A stretch of DNA of 62,974 bases, the filler included, from Choristocarpus tenellus KU-1152 (Eukaryota > Protista > Phaeophyceae): the NCBI GenBank assembly GCA_964200185.2. It is 9 parts of 9 records of this genome, joined end to end, with 100 filler letters (N's around TTAATTAATTAA, not from the genome) between each part and the next. Parts side by side here need not be neighbours in the genome. Positions count along the whole stretch, not along the records: positions 14,323 to 31,043 come from CAXNAD020000785.1; 8 more parts are not named here. One strand, given 5' to 3'. Numbering within the stretch: position 1 is the first letter of the stretch; each line of letters begins with the position of its first letter. This document shows, piece by piece, positions 14,645-27,860 of the stretch. Made by a program: the position numbers and the translations under genes. Below the pieces are notes generated by a model, which saw only the letters and a list, made by a program, of their open reading frames with translations, was not told the origin of the DNA and searched no databases.

Positions 14645-17600
14645 TTAGGACATTTCAGCATCCTTCTGTTGGAACCGGGCCTCACGAAGCAGAGTGATCA
14701 CCCTACTGAAGGTTGGTCGGTCCATTATGTGAGTCGCCCAGCACATGTTCATCAGCTGAGAAAGATTACCTGGGGTCCCATTTGGAATTTCAGGGCGACG
14801 CTCCTCGCACAAAACAACCAAGTAGATATCCCGGAGTTCTAGTTGAGGCCAAGGCAACTGCCTGGACACAATCTCCCAAAGGACGATGCCGAAACTATAG
14901 ATATCACTCTCCAGGGACATGGTATCCCCATTCAAGATCTCTGGGGCCGACCACTTGAGGGTCATGCCAGCACCCTGACTCGTTGCCAGCATTGTTAACT
15001 CATCAAGAGTTTGTGCTGTTCCAAAGTCCGAGATCTGGTCAGGGATTAGCGGGTGCACGTAAGGGATGTGAGGCATTAGTATTAAAGTTTCTCCACTGAG
15101 TTGAGCTCAGCAATTCAAACTACTCTAAACTGCCACAAAACTTGCAAGAAAGAGTCCAATGGGTTTCAAAGGCACAGGTAACCCCTTAGATTCTGGTACC
15201 TTCAAAGCACTAGCAAGGAACACGGAATAACAACCCCAAGAATTGGACTAGATAACCCATCGAAAAGGTGAAATGTTGATTGCTGGAACTGTGAATTGTT
15301 TTTTGAACAAGTCAAACACGCCAAATCAATTGAGTGATAGGCAGGATTACACTTTAAGGATCCCAAGAAAGGGCAAAAAGACAAAATTTCGTACAATTGA
15401 GAAGGAACCTTCGCTGAATTGTGGTGTTACTTTGTGTGTGGGAGGGAGGATTGCTAATATTACATACACTATTGTGCACATATAGCAATAAAATCGAGCA
15501 TATTCCACAGGATGAGAAAGAAAGTTTGTGGAAATGCAAAAGGGTCCAAAACCTGATAACCTCTCAATTGGTTTGGCTCAACTGTGCAATTTTGCAGTCT
15601 ACAGGTCTAGTTCAGGGGAAAAACCACCAGAGGAGCATCAGTATATATATATATTAATTGAAGTTTTAGGGAACAAATGAGAACGGTGTTCACTGGGAGA
15701 TCTCTCCACCCTCAGAGATACTCCAAAGTACTATGTTGTAGTTTAATTGGGCATCAGAAACAATTCGAATCATTGCCCAGTCAGAAAGCACCTTATTATA
15801 CCAACTATTGTTTCTCTTCTGTGAACAGGTCCAACAGGAAACATATAAGTAGTAGTAGGGAGATAGAAATACCTTAGAGTCCTATGTTGCTCAGGTGTTT
15901 TCACACCTCAGACAATGTAATGCTCAAATATCACAATATGTCATGTCAATTGTAGCGTTTCATGCAACAAAGAATTTTGTCTCAGCAGTGGACATTGTTC
16001 GGCATAATAGGCCTAACTCAAGCATGTGTCGTGGACGACACATGCTTAGAGGGCAAAAGGACTCAACCATTTTTCTGGACACCAGATGTTGTACGGACAA
16101 ACATAAACGTTCCCAATTGTTAATACAAATGTTACATATATTTATAAGGAGGAACATGTGTCACTGCACAATGTGACAGTAGTGTTGCGTCATACATGAC
16201 CTGCACAAAATAATTGTCCAGGTCGACCATGAACAAATGACTAGAGTTGTCAGTATTTCTTGTTTGATAATGTATAACCTGAAAGCATGAGAATAGCGAA
16301 TAGAACATCCGTAAATTGTACGTATTATACAATTCTCAGGCTTCAAGTATTTATTCTGTCCTTTTCATCTTGTAATGGTTGAAGCGTTGATCCGTAACAC
16401 TTGTGCGTTATGACTGAGGAATGTACCATAGTGTTGTCCTAAACAAAATAGATGTTACAGACCAAGTGTGTTAGAGAGTTGATTTACAAAAGATATATTT
16501 TCAAAGCAAAGAGCCAAACCAATTGAGAGGTACAAAGTTTGTACCCTTTTGTAGTCTAAGCCACCTTTCTTACCCTGTATGATACACTCTATCCCCTTGC
16601 TTTGTGAGCACAACAGTGTACACAAAATTGATATTCCTCCTTTCCACACACAAAGTCACACCACAATCCAGCAAACGCCCTTTCTGTATTTTTTGAAAAT
16701 GACACCTTTTTACTCTTTCTCGATATCCTTTAAATGCAACCATGCGAGTCAAATTATTTTAGAGGGTAGAGCCGCGTCCATTTGGGGGCCAAAATCCAAT
16801 GTTGTGATTTTGATGTAATTTTGGCTATCATGTTTGTTCAGAAGCGCCAATATCCTTGTTCCGGACACACTTTTTCATGACGTATACATATTACCTACTC
16901 CAAGACATTTCGGATTAGGAAATTGTCATAAATAACCCGTGGGAAGCCAAGCCCAAAATGGAAAAACAGGAAAAAACTCGTACCCTCTAAGATACTTTCA
17001 CTCATGCCTACACCTCACAGTTGGTTTGAGTCAAATAGCCCCTAGTAATGTTCTAGACAACGGAAATTGCAAAACGAATTGACTTGAGTGATATCCTGAC
17101 AATTGACACTGTGAGTCAATGACTCTGAGCATTTTTATATACAATGCACGTTTTTGAGCAAATATTATCCTGAACAACAAATGTCATAGAGGAAATATCT
17201 CCAAGCAGGTTATTCTCACTATGAATGTTACGGGTCACCTTTCACCAGGTGTTGTTTTAATAGGAGGAGGCTAAAGGTAAGCAACACTTTGTCCAGGGTG
17301 TGACATAACATTTTCCACAACACAATACTCCACGGGTCACGACATGGGAAACTGCTCGCCCCTTGGCAACCAACCTTCTGACATACTGCAGATGATATTA
17401 TCGGGGTGAAATCTTCACTCAGGAACTAGAAAACAATTGAGCTACCAAATAATCTATCGCAATGTTGTGTTAAGATTTCTATGGCAACCTAAAAATAGTC
17501 CAAAAAATACGAACTGATGGTGCTCCTATCCAGCAAAATAACGCCCGATTTCGATTGGCACTACAGTATGACTATAAAGAAGTCCATTGACGTACACATC

Positions 17601-19353
17601 ATCATCAAGCACCGATTAATTATTATATGACCATACCACTATGCCAACACCCAAAATCTAGGTCCGCAGAAGTCAAGATTTTGAGGAAACCTTCTCCTCA
17701 CACAACTGGCAGTTCAATCCAATATATAGAATGAGGACTATGGTACACACGCACTGAGTACTTGTGTCCAAGGGGTACTCTCAGTTACTATATACCGTAA
17801 TTAACTGCCTCCCAGACCTTGTAATGTATTGTAAAGGGCTGCTTGAGGACAGTACCGCAGACGTCTATGGGGGCTTCTCCTACGTATTGCATTAAAGGTA
17901 TTTGTTACTACCACTACACATATAGGCGAGAATACTCCTCTTTATGGGAGTCATTTGAACTATTTACGGAGTAAAGGGTAGAAGAACATGGGTGGGGTTT
18001 GTTGCCCGCTTTAGCTTTGGTTTTTCCGTTTCATTGCTCGTTCTGGTACCATGCCGGTTTTATTCCTTGCGATAGGAGCACATTGTCGCATAAAATTAGT
18101 TTTAAAATGACAACTGAGGTAGGTATCACTGCCGTGAGGGCTTATGTATTTTTCTCTCGAGTTGCAACTTCAATAATATTCTGGAAGAAAAGATATTATA
18201 ATAAGTTTCATACAGAATAATTAGAAATAACCCTTCCTCTTTTACTTGAAGGATTTTTCTTCTTCTTTCCTATTCATAATAAAATCCTAAGGAATGGAGA
18301 TGCATACATACCCCGAGTATGTACGAACAATATACAATAAATACAATAAATACAATAAACAGATGTCTGTGTGGGGGAGCACTTGCGAAAAAGGAGTACA
18401 TATATCTTTCAGCAAGCAGTGTGAAACGGACAGTTGTTCACTCATAGAATGTTCCTCTCGCCACCAATTGTCTAGTGCGATGATACAAATTTATTTCTGG
18501 AGCCAGCTATATTTACTTGTTGGCAGCCGATCACTGAGCTGCTCATTCAAAGGCGGGTAAAATGGGTATCGCATTGCATACATAGATGTAGGGTCCATTG
18601 CACCTGTTGCCTCTCTGGGTTTGACAGTAATGCTTGCACATATATATACGTTTATACTGTGTAAGCGTCAGTTTCTCGTCTTACACTTGATACTTTTTCA
18701 TACACAATATTCCTAATTTAGGGGTAACCTTCCGCAAAGGTTTCTGGTATTTGAGTTGTACAAGTAACAGCTCCATTTGATTTAGTTTTGGTAACATTCA
18801 AAAATGTGTTTATTTTTAGGATGTTCCAATTCAGCCTCACCTTGGCTTGATTTGTCCTGGTCAGAAGAATGTTTGGAGACTTTAGGTCCCCGTGTATAGT
18901 TTTCATTGAGTGAAGGTACTCCATCCCCAGGGCAACATCCAGGGCCAGGTTGAAGATCAAGTCTACTCCTAATGGAGTAGCCTCCCTGCTAAGGAACGAT
19001 CTTAGGTCACCACCTTCCATGAACTCCATGAGAAGCACAAGTCGGTTTGGCAAAGTTGTGATGACCCCATAGGCCTTGACTGTGTAGTCCGACCTCAGCT
19101 TCACCATGGTATCAAGCTCCTTAGAAAAGGCCTCTCGGCGCTTCTTGGCAGAGCCCTGGGCCCAAACCTCAAAGATTTTGGCAGCAGCATTTCTTCCATT
19201 ATACTCCACTCGCTCCACAATGCAAGAGCCACCATAGCCCAACTCCTCTCTTCGGGGGAAAAAAGAGACCTGATTCTTAGGCACCTCCAGCTGTTTCAAC
19301 ATCCTTTCCCTCCTGCGTTTCCTGCGGTTTCTCATTCTCTCCCGATCCTTGTC
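14645..19353 (-). CDS. TKL-like protein kinase domain (exons 18841-19353 and 14645-15034)
   Basis: LGYGGSCIV, YNGRNAAAK, ELDTM, HGDLKSPN, ISDFG, WSAPE, SDIYSFG and RPTF; two phase-0 exons splice in frame (NQAK|ISDFG). Confidence 0.93.
15411..16678. repeat. Pair of diverged inverted repeats of about 170 bp (15411-15579 and 16511-16678)
   Basis: Reverse-complement similarity, including an exact 21-mer ACCTCTCAATTGGTTTGGCTC and GTGGTGT(T/G)ACTTTGTGTGTGG. Confidence 0.75.
16746..17003 (+). mobile_element. MITE family A, full copy with 4-bp TSD ATGC
   Basis: atgc-GAGTCAAATTATTTTAGAGGGTA ... TACCCTCTAAGATACTTTCACTC-atgc. Confidence 0.92.
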
Positions 19354-19885
19354 CTGGATAGAGGAGTTGCGAGAAAGTTTGAGTGTGTGACAATGTGAAT
19401 TGAGTAGTTCGTTCTCACTGTTGCTAACAGAGGATCAAAGCTCTACAACTTCGCATTATAAAAATTGGTAACAAGTGAAAAATGGATTTGCCTAGAAACA
19501 AAATGGGGTCGTACCTCTCGTCCAGTTGGTAGTCTGGGGTTGTGAGTATCTGACGGAAGAAGTGGCCGGATAGAGATGTATTAAGCCTTTCTGATTGGAC
19601 ATACTTGGACTAGTGGGCCAAACAGTCATAGACTACTGTACAAAATTTTGGACGATCTTCATTGTGCTAGTCTAGTGTAATTTCTGTTGGTAGAGTGGAG
19701 GAAAATAGCAATGACATTAATGACTTTGTAATCTAAGATAATTGATACACAACTACAACAATAGTAGTGGGAGTGGCATGGTAGGACACAAAATTTCTGA
19801 TTCACTCTGATGTATACTACAACAACATCAGTACAATTTTTAGCAGGGATGCAAATATATAGTAAGGTGCTTGATTCTGTAAATT

Positions 19886-20063
19886 GACTCGAAGTATCTG
19901 GGGGGGTGGCGGCTGTCCATTTTGGGTAAAAAAAAATTGTCGCGATTTTGGGTGATTTAGTTGCATACGTCGGACGGATAATGTAAGTGCACTTTTCCTG
20001 GTTATAGCAAAAAATGGACACCCTTGTGTAGATACCCTTCCCCCCCCCCAGATACTTTGGGTC
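19886..20063 (+). mobile_element. MITE family B, full copy with 4-bp TSD AATT
   Basis: aatt-GACTCGAAGTATCTGGGG ... CCCCAGATACTTTGGGTC-aatt. Confidence 0.88.
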
Positions 20064-21474
20064 AATTCAGATATGATCACTGTGCTTTTACGTTGAGGAC
20101 TCGGCCACAAATAGAGAACTGGGCAGAATTGAGTAGACAGGTCTAACTGTTCCAAGATAAAGTACCGTACTTTCCTCCAACATTTTCGGGGCCTCCCAGG
20201 GAGTACCACAACAACAATTATATCCTCCCTTCAATCACCTGTCGTCATCCTTCTAAAAACGTTCAGAAGTTCTGAGTGAAGTATAAAAAAGAAGTGCAAA
20301 TTTCAACTTTTTGTAGACATGTGCGGAGGGAATTTTCTGAATTTTCTTTCGAAATTTCTCGATCAATAGAGAAATCAGTGATGTTAAGTCAATCTTACTT
20401 CCTCCGTTCGGAATGAAATGTAGCATGGCTTTTGCAAGCTCTGTACTCTCCCTAGAACAACCCACGTGATAAACCCTCTGGACGAGGCTTAGTTCTCCTA
20501 TAGATTGGGAGGTGTGCAAAGTTTGAGATGGTGGGCTGTAGTGACTGTGGAGGATCAACAGCCCAAAGTCGACCTAGACGCATTTGACGGAGTTAAAAAA
20601 TGTCACGAAACCGTCAAAGGCAGTATTTATTGGAATGTAAAGGATGAAGGCGCCCCCCATGGTTCGAGCGGCTAGCTCTTCCCATCGTTGCCCTTTGGTC
20701 CCAATTCTTTGGCCCAGAATTCTTTCCAGGGACAAGACTCAAATATCCAAACAAATAACAGCGTGGTGGCACGAGACTCAGATGCATCAGGGGACGGCGG
20801 CAGCTCTCACGCAGGACTTCGGAATTTCCCGAAATACCTTGTTCCGTCATCTGAAGGAGTATGACAGTCACATCGCATGGGTTGAATGCATGAAGATTGT
20901 ACGACATCACAAGGGGTGATCTGGCAGTCATACAAGTATCATTGACGTTTGGAATGTCCCAATTGGTACACCGCTCGTCCTTCCGCAATTGGGTGGCAAA
21001 AACTGGAGTCTCCCTTCCCTCGCTGTGGGATCTATGCAAATGTGAGAAGGTGAAGATGGTCAAACGGTAGATTAAGCCAGTCCTCTCAGACCAGAAGAAA
21101 GTGAACAGGGTGGGTTTCGTCATCAGTCACACGCACAGGAGGGCGGGAAGTTGGGTATTAGGGAACAATCTATATTACTGGGTGCATGTTGAGGAAAATT
21201 TTACATCCTCAAAGATGGGCAAGGTGTGTACCTGCACCCCACTGAGGACTCCCCCAAAACCTTCCACGGTCACGGAATAAGCGCTACATTACGAAGGTGA
21301 TATTCCTTGCAGCTGTGGCCCGCCCTAGGAAGGTCTCCAACGGGGTGTGGTTCGTTGGGAAAATCGGGATCTGTCCAATCGTGGACACTACTGTCGCTCA
21401 GTGCTCCAGTAAACACCACCCCAAGGGCACCAAGGTGCTTGTACCAGCCACAGTGGACGGGGGAAGGTATACAT

Positions 21475-21781
21475 AAATTACATAAAAATCGCAACATTGG
21501 AATTTGGCCCCCAAACGGACACGGCTCCACCCTCTAAGATACTTTGACTCTTAGTTTTTTTTTAATGAAATTTTCCCCCTCCGAAATGTTTCGAAGCAGG
21601 AAGCATGTATAGTTTTTTTGGACGAGGTATTACGTATAAAATTATGAAAAGGTATGTCTCGAACAAGGATATTGACTCTTCCTAACAAACACGATAACCA
21701 AAATTACATCAAAATCGCAAGATTGGGTTTTGGCCCCCAAACGGACTCGACTCTACTACCCTCTAAGATACTTTGACACTC
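21475..21781 (-). mobile_element. Two tandem partial MITE family A copies interrupting the mariner transposase
   Basis: Two GGCCCCCAAACGGAC...CCCTCTAAGATACTTTGAC ends, at about 21550 and 21780; the opposite TIRs are missing. Confidence 0.8.
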
Positions 21782-22134
21782 TTAAATGCTTTGGATCCAA
21801 TCAACATATCTGATGCGTGCCCCTGGGAAACACCAGAGCGCATCTGGCAGAGCCTCTTCACAGTCTATGGTGAAGTGCTGGGGTCCAAGGGTGATAACAT
21901 CTTCAAAATTCCCAATCTTGGCAAGGAAAAGGTTGAGAAGGCGGACAAGCTCCCCCCGAATACCTCAGTGGATGTGGCAAAACACTGTGCTGGAATGGAG
22001 TTTTGGAGGGCTTTGGGGACGGAATCATAGATAAGTGTAGGCTGCCCCATTTTGCGATGTTGGTGGGCAACCTGTTAGTGTCTGCACAATACACCCATAA
22101 AATATGAACATGTGAAAAAAATCTTGCTTCTTCA

Positions 22135-22403
22135 GAGTGAAAGTATCAGAGGGCAGGGGCAGTGTCCATTTGGGGTCAAAATCCAATGTTGTGATTTTGA
22201 TGTAATTTTGACAATCGTATTTGTTAGGAAGTGTCAATATCCTTGTCCTGGAAATATACGTGATACCTATTCAAAAACGTACACATTTTACCTACTCCGA
22301 AACATTTCGGAATGTGAAAAATGTCATTTAAAAAAACCTTGGGAAGCCAAGCTCCAAACGGACAAACAGAGCAAAACTCGTACCCTCTAAGATACTTTCA
22401 ATC
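22135..22403 (+). mobile_element. MITE family A, full copy with 4-bp TSD TTCA, nested in mariner
   Basis: ttca-GAGTGAAAGTATCAGAGGGCA ... TACCCTCTAAGATACTTTCAATC-ttca. Confidence 0.9.
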
Positions 22404-23484
22404 TTCATCAGTGTTGCAAAAGGTATGGTACAAATAATTCCACACGGAGGAAGTAGTACGATACCCATAGAAATAAGGGTGAATTACAAAAGGTGAAAAA
22501 AAGTGGCTTAAAATGCAAAACAGCTCTTTTACTTTGGCTCTCTGACATGCTTTGGGTTGCTATACCGAAGACCTTACAATTGACACGTTATGGGTACTTG
22601 CGACAAAGGATTTAATGAGTGCATGAAGTTCCAACAGATATTGCTTTCATGGGATGAAATTCCATCATGATTACGCATCTATCAAATGGCTAAACATGCC
22701 GCCAGGATGACAACCCACTATTTTAACCCCTCGCTGAAGCTATTCACTGAATAGAGGGATAGAAACCCTTGGGCGAAACCTCACCAAGTCCAACAGGTTA
22801 CCACTGAATTCTTTCTGGAAAGCGGATCGGGTCAGACCAGTCAATTTTCACAAATTGCTACGCATAACTGCATTGCACTATTGAACAAAAGGTTCTAGTA
22901 CCTTAGAGGGGTTGTCAATTCGGGGCTTGATGGGGTCTTGTAAGATACCCCAGTGTAATGGCCTTTTTGTGAGTGTCTCCCTTCAGAATTGGTTCAGATG
23001 GGGAAATGGAAAAGGAAGATGTGTTGTGAGATGGAGGAAATTCCCCTTACATCTGACACGTTTAGTCAGACAGATGATATGAAAATTTCTACAGGTTCAC
23101 ACAGGTCCCGAATGGACGGCTGACCCCCCCTCTAGGATATTATGGGCCAAAAGGCTGTGATTTATACGGTCCCTGCTTCTCCCAGCCAAGTCCCTGCCAA
23201 CAGAAGGATCCTCCCACCAGGATCGATACTCCTACTTTCTGCACGATGACCTTTTCCAGATGCTGCTCTAATGAAGGGACAAAAAGCACTATAATAGGAT
23301 TAGAAAACAATGAACATATTAACAGAGTGATGCAGATAACATAAAGGCTTCCTGCACACCAACAACAGAAGTAGTTGTGATATATATTAAGTGAACAGGA
23401 AACTAACGCCTTTGCACTATGTAGGACATCCTACAAACCTTTTCGGGCTCCCTCGCACTCGTTCTGTGTAAAACCGAGTGTTTC

Positions 23485-23687
23485 GAGTGAAAGTATCTTA
23501 GAGGGTACGAGTTTTGCCCTGCTTGTCCATTTGGGGCTTGGCTTCCCATGGGTTTTTTTTAATGATATTTTCCTACTCCAAAATGTTTCGGAGTAGGAAA
23601 AATGTATACGTTATTAAAAGGTGTGTCCGAAACATGGATATTGACCCCCAAATGGACGCAGCTCTACCCCCTAAGATACTTTGGCTC
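23485..23687 (-). mobile_element. MITE family A, internally deleted copy
   Basis: GAGTGAAAGTATCTTAGAGGGTACGAG ... CTACCCCCTAAGATACTTTGGCTC; about 55 bp shorter than full copies. Confidence 0.85.
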
Positions 23688-24868
23688 TTCCCTCCGGCAA
23701 TTGGTCAAGATACATATGTCAAGTACATTACTCCGAGTAGCGGCTCCCGTCCTCGCGCAGTGTGCAATGTGTTAGCACTCACGATCGAGACACTTTTTAA
23801 AACTTCCTAATATGGACAGAAGTAATAATCAATACTTCGTAAAAGCGCCATTAAAATATCTCCTGGAATTTTTACTAATTAAGAAATTGAAAAAAAGAAA
23901 TGTTTGGAATCGTTGGGGCAAGCCGGATTTGATGAAGCTGAATTGAGAACCTTACTCCAAGTGGGGCCTAAGATACGTGTAGTCTTAGGTCCAACTTTGA
24001 GAAAATAGTTCAGTCCCACAAAGTAATCAGGAGGCATTCAAACCGTTGTCGAATACATTTCAGTATATCCTGTGAAATAGATATGGAATGAAAGCTGAGA
24101 CCCTAACGCTTCGATCAAGCTATAGTAGCACCTTCGACCCACAATACAGTGTGCAATGGGGTGCATATCTGTTTTGAGGGTATTTCACTCTCTTACTATA
24201 TACACGGTTGGTTTTACTTTTTGTGAAACCAATGTCATTGGAATGCTGATATAGACAGGACTCATAGGATACGCTTTTAGTGGTTCCATTCGTTTTGGTT
24301 GACACAGAGAATATTTAACAAACAATAAAATGTGTGCTTGACTCTGAGTGTTGCTGGGTCGTCTCTTGATATGCATTGTTACATTTCAGGTCCAGATTCA
24401 TAAGCTTCGATGTTAGCATTGTTTCCATCTTCCACCACGAGTTCCATCTCATAATCCTCCTGCATTATCTCATCTACTCCCCCCTCTACAGCATCCATCT
24501 GTCTTGCTAACTTCGTATCTTCCAGCTCATCTAGAACTTTAAGACTATGGACTGGCACTGGCGATACAAGCCAGTATCCAAATAATATTTCGGCGCTTCA
24601 GGATGGTACCCAGACCCCTCAATGATAATTCTACCCTAAACTTTGTCTTCACCCAGGTCACCAAATCCTAATATTGCTCGAAAGCTTAGGTTACCCCCCC
24701 ACAAAATTATCTTGACAACGCTTTGTTCTTGACTGAATCTAATATTTTCCCCCTTCAATACGAAATTGTATGCTCTAAAGTATTACATGACGTTTATTCA
24801 AAGTATAGATAGGTAGTACATGTCGACAAAAATCATTTTACCGTTAAATGATCACTTCTTGGAACAAC

Positions 24869-25124
24869 GACCCAAAGCATTTAAGAGGGTAGGGCCGGGT
24901 CCGGTCCAGGTCATAAATCTAATGTTGCGATTTTGATGAATATTGGCTATCATATTTGTTAGCAAGTGTCAATATCCTTGGTCCATACACACCTTTCATA
25001 GTCGTATGCATTTTATGTGATAATGTTCACACAGAAAACCGAAGAGGGGCATAAAAGTCATGGGAAGCGAAGCCTTGAACAGACCAACACGGCAAAACTC
25101 CTACCCTCTTAAATACTTTAAGTC
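24869..25124 (+). mobile_element. MITE family A, older diverged copy
   Basis: GACCCAAAGCATTTAAGAGGGTAGG ... CCTACCCTCTTAAATACTTTAAGTC; shares internal AAGTGTCAATATCCTTG. Confidence 0.75.
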
Positions 25125-25525
25125 AAAACATCGTCATGGTGAGGTGAGGGCGATACAACGAAGAAAACATCACACTGGCACTGATCTTTGTCTGAGTTTG
25201 AGTGCGATATGACAACAGTAAGTTGTACAGTACTGCAGTATGGAGCAACAATCCATCTCCTATTTTGACCGAAAGTCCTTATTCAAGGGTGATCATCCTG
25301 ATATTGCCAACGGGTCTACATGATCAACAATATATCCCCTATACTTTACTCCTGGCTATTGTATACAAAATGTAAAAACCACACCCAATTCCCACATCTA
25401 ACTGAGCACCTAGTTGAAGCATTAGTTGATTTGTCACAGAACATAGTATGTAGGAAGATGCGGCCAAGCCTTTGAGGGAAGTGACATAAGAGATAAGCTG
25501 GATGATTGAAAATAGAGCGAGTGAC

Positions 25526-25783
25526 AGTCAAGGTAAACGAGAGGTACCCAGAGTTGCGTTTTAAGGATTCTGACAATTATGTGAAGATTCTCTATTCTTT
25601 TACAAATGCGTCTTGATTTTTTTTTCGAATTGTGGCGAAAATTTTCAAAGAATAGAGAAATTAAACCTCTCAAATCATACTCAGCACTTCATCTATAGAA
25701 ATATAGGTTAATTGTAAAAAATTGAAAAACTATATTTTAATACAAAACGACCGAAAACTGGGTACCTCTCATTTACATTGACT
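25526..25783. mobile_element. MITE family C (about 258 bp, TIR of about 26 bp); related end at about 8516-8535
   Basis: AGTCAAGGTAAACGAGAGGTACCCAG and CTGGGTACCTCTCATTTACATTGACT around an AT-rich interior; GTAAACGAGAGGTACCCAG recurs at about 8517. Confidence 0.75.
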
Positions 25784-26399
25784 CTGAGATACATTGTCTC
25801 CTTACTACATCTGAGATGAAGCGTGTAGGGGCAATCCTTAGATATGATGTGAAGTGGGTATTATTTTGTTCTGTAGGTGGTGGATTATAACTAGTCAGTC
25901 TTGCTACTCCTCAAATGGGTGTGGTATTACTTACTTGATATTGAGGCCGAGGGCATTCAAGCATGAATATACAACGACAGGGTGGGCTTGATGGCTTGCC
26001 TTTACTCTATGGAACACCTATACCGTATATCGATAATGCAGTGGATAGGTGCCTAACCAAATTTGTTTCACGATAGTAATCTGGTTGCATGATATATGCG
26101 TGCGTTGAGCGTGTTATTATACCATATACCATAATTACATTTAATACGATTATTTGAGCCCTGTAACATGTGGATGTTAAAATTTGTTAGGCGTTGGATA
26201 CAAAAAATAATCACTTTCGGAGTCAGTACAGATACATTTTGAGCATTGCTCACTGGAAGGCACCCCAGGTTTCACGTTGGAGGACACGCAAAGTACTACC
26301 TCTGTGTCATACGTGTGTACCATGAAACATCTGGGCTCGCCGAGCGAGAACAGCGCCGAATCGGACGATAACCCCACAGAATGAAATCAGGTTAACAAT

Positions 26400-27860
26400 C
26401 TCAGCTTTCAGAAGGGGTAGGAGTCGAGGATCATCAGGTACAAACTCGAGGTGCTTCAAGTCGTCAAAGTGGGGGTCTTTTGGGGTGATTTTGAGGCCAG
26501 AACTGGGCACGTTGAGGGTCAGAACATCGGTATGGCAATCCCCTCGCCGACCCCCCAGGTAGGAAGGGTGGCGAAGTGTCCCTGAATACCAGGGTTGCAC
26601 TTGCAGTACAGCACTCCTCACAATGGTCCCTGGTAGGCATAAACTGCCGCAACACATTGGCCCAGCCCTCGCAGCAGAATTTGGAGTGTCCAAGCGTTAC
26701 TTGTGAGGGCTCTGGGAGGATATCGCCGATCAGCGCGTCAGTGGCTACACGATTGACCTAGGGGTGGCGGCACGTAGTGGGCGACCTTCGGAGCTCACAC
26801 CAACCAAGATGGTCGCAATACATTGTATCAACTCCGATAATCGGCGATCCACAGTGCGTCAGATGACAATGAAGATGGCCGCCAAGGGGCTGAATATATA
26901 GCACGAGCACCATAAACAGGTGGTTGGATGATGTGGGGACCATGCCGAATCACCACTGGATCAAACCCAAGCTTAAATCGTGGCAAAAGGTATGGAGAAT
27001 GGAGTTTGTTTGTGATCAAGTGGACCGGAAACGTGGTGTATATGCCTCCATCGCGAACACGATTCATGTAGATGAAACCTGGTATACTTGATGGCTAATG
27101 GGTAAAGGGTTAGGGTATTTCCACATGAGGATGATAGCGACCTTCCAGGGTCCGCTACTGTGCAGCACAAGAGTCATATCCCAAAAACCATGATCGTTGC
27201 AGTCAATGCCCGCCCAGATTCGGCTCACAGCTTTGATGGAAAGCTTGGTGTTTGGTGCGTGTGTGCGCCAAAAACGGCAGACAGGACAAGTAAGAACCAT
27301 AAAAAGGGGGATGTGTGTGAGGAGGACTGCACTTTAGACCATTTGTGGCACAGGAAGTGGTACACGGAGGAGTTACTGCCTGCAGTCAAGATCAAGATGC
27401 CTCGGTTGCAGGGGAAGCACGTTGTCGTTCAGCAAGATGGTGCCACCCCCCACACGGGCAAGGGCAACTCAGAAATCTTGTCGGAGGCAAGGAAGACTGA
27501 GGGTGGTCGACTAGGCTTGTGACGCAGCTATCTAACTCCCCCGACACCTCAATATCATGGACCTGTGCTTCTTCAGGTCTGAAATGTCGGGTGATGGGGG
27601 AGCAGTTTGGGTTCGTTGAGGAGATGGTGAAGGTCATTTAGAAGCAGTGTAAGGAGTACGATGAAACCACACTTGAGAGGGCTTGGTAGCTCCTTTTTGT
27701 GGTGTACAATCAAGTACTTAGATACAAAGGGGGAAATGATTTCAGTGTGGAGCACGCAGGGGTAAGAAAGAGGCAGTTGTCTGGTGAGCTTGGAAACACG
27801 CTGAAGGTGGACATGGAGACTTTTTCTGTGGCTGATAAAGTTGGGATTGATGGGGAGTAA
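26400..27860 (+). mobile_element. Third decayed plant-type mariner transposase; ends not delimited (possible left TIR TA-CTACCTCTGT at 26294)
   Basis: ALAAEFGVSKRYL (HTH), TIHVDETWY, VQHKSHIPKTMIVAVNARP, FDGKLGVW, QQDGATPH, NSPD/LNIMDLCFF and GGNDFSVEHAGVRKRQ, with frameshifts and stops. Confidence 0.9.

Larger units (their letters stand above)
20398..22453 (+). mobile_element. Decayed plant-type mariner with TIRs of about 40 bp and TA TSD, carrying nested MITEs
   Basis: TA-CTTCCTCCGTTCGGAATGAAATGTAGCATGGCTTTTGCAA versus TTGCAAAAGGTATGGTACAAATAATTCCACACGGAGGAAG-TA. Transposase remnants: ALTQDFGISRNTL (HTH), WVHVEE, KRYITKVIFLAAVARPR, GKIGICP, ERIWQSLF...GDNIFKIP. Confidence 0.9.
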
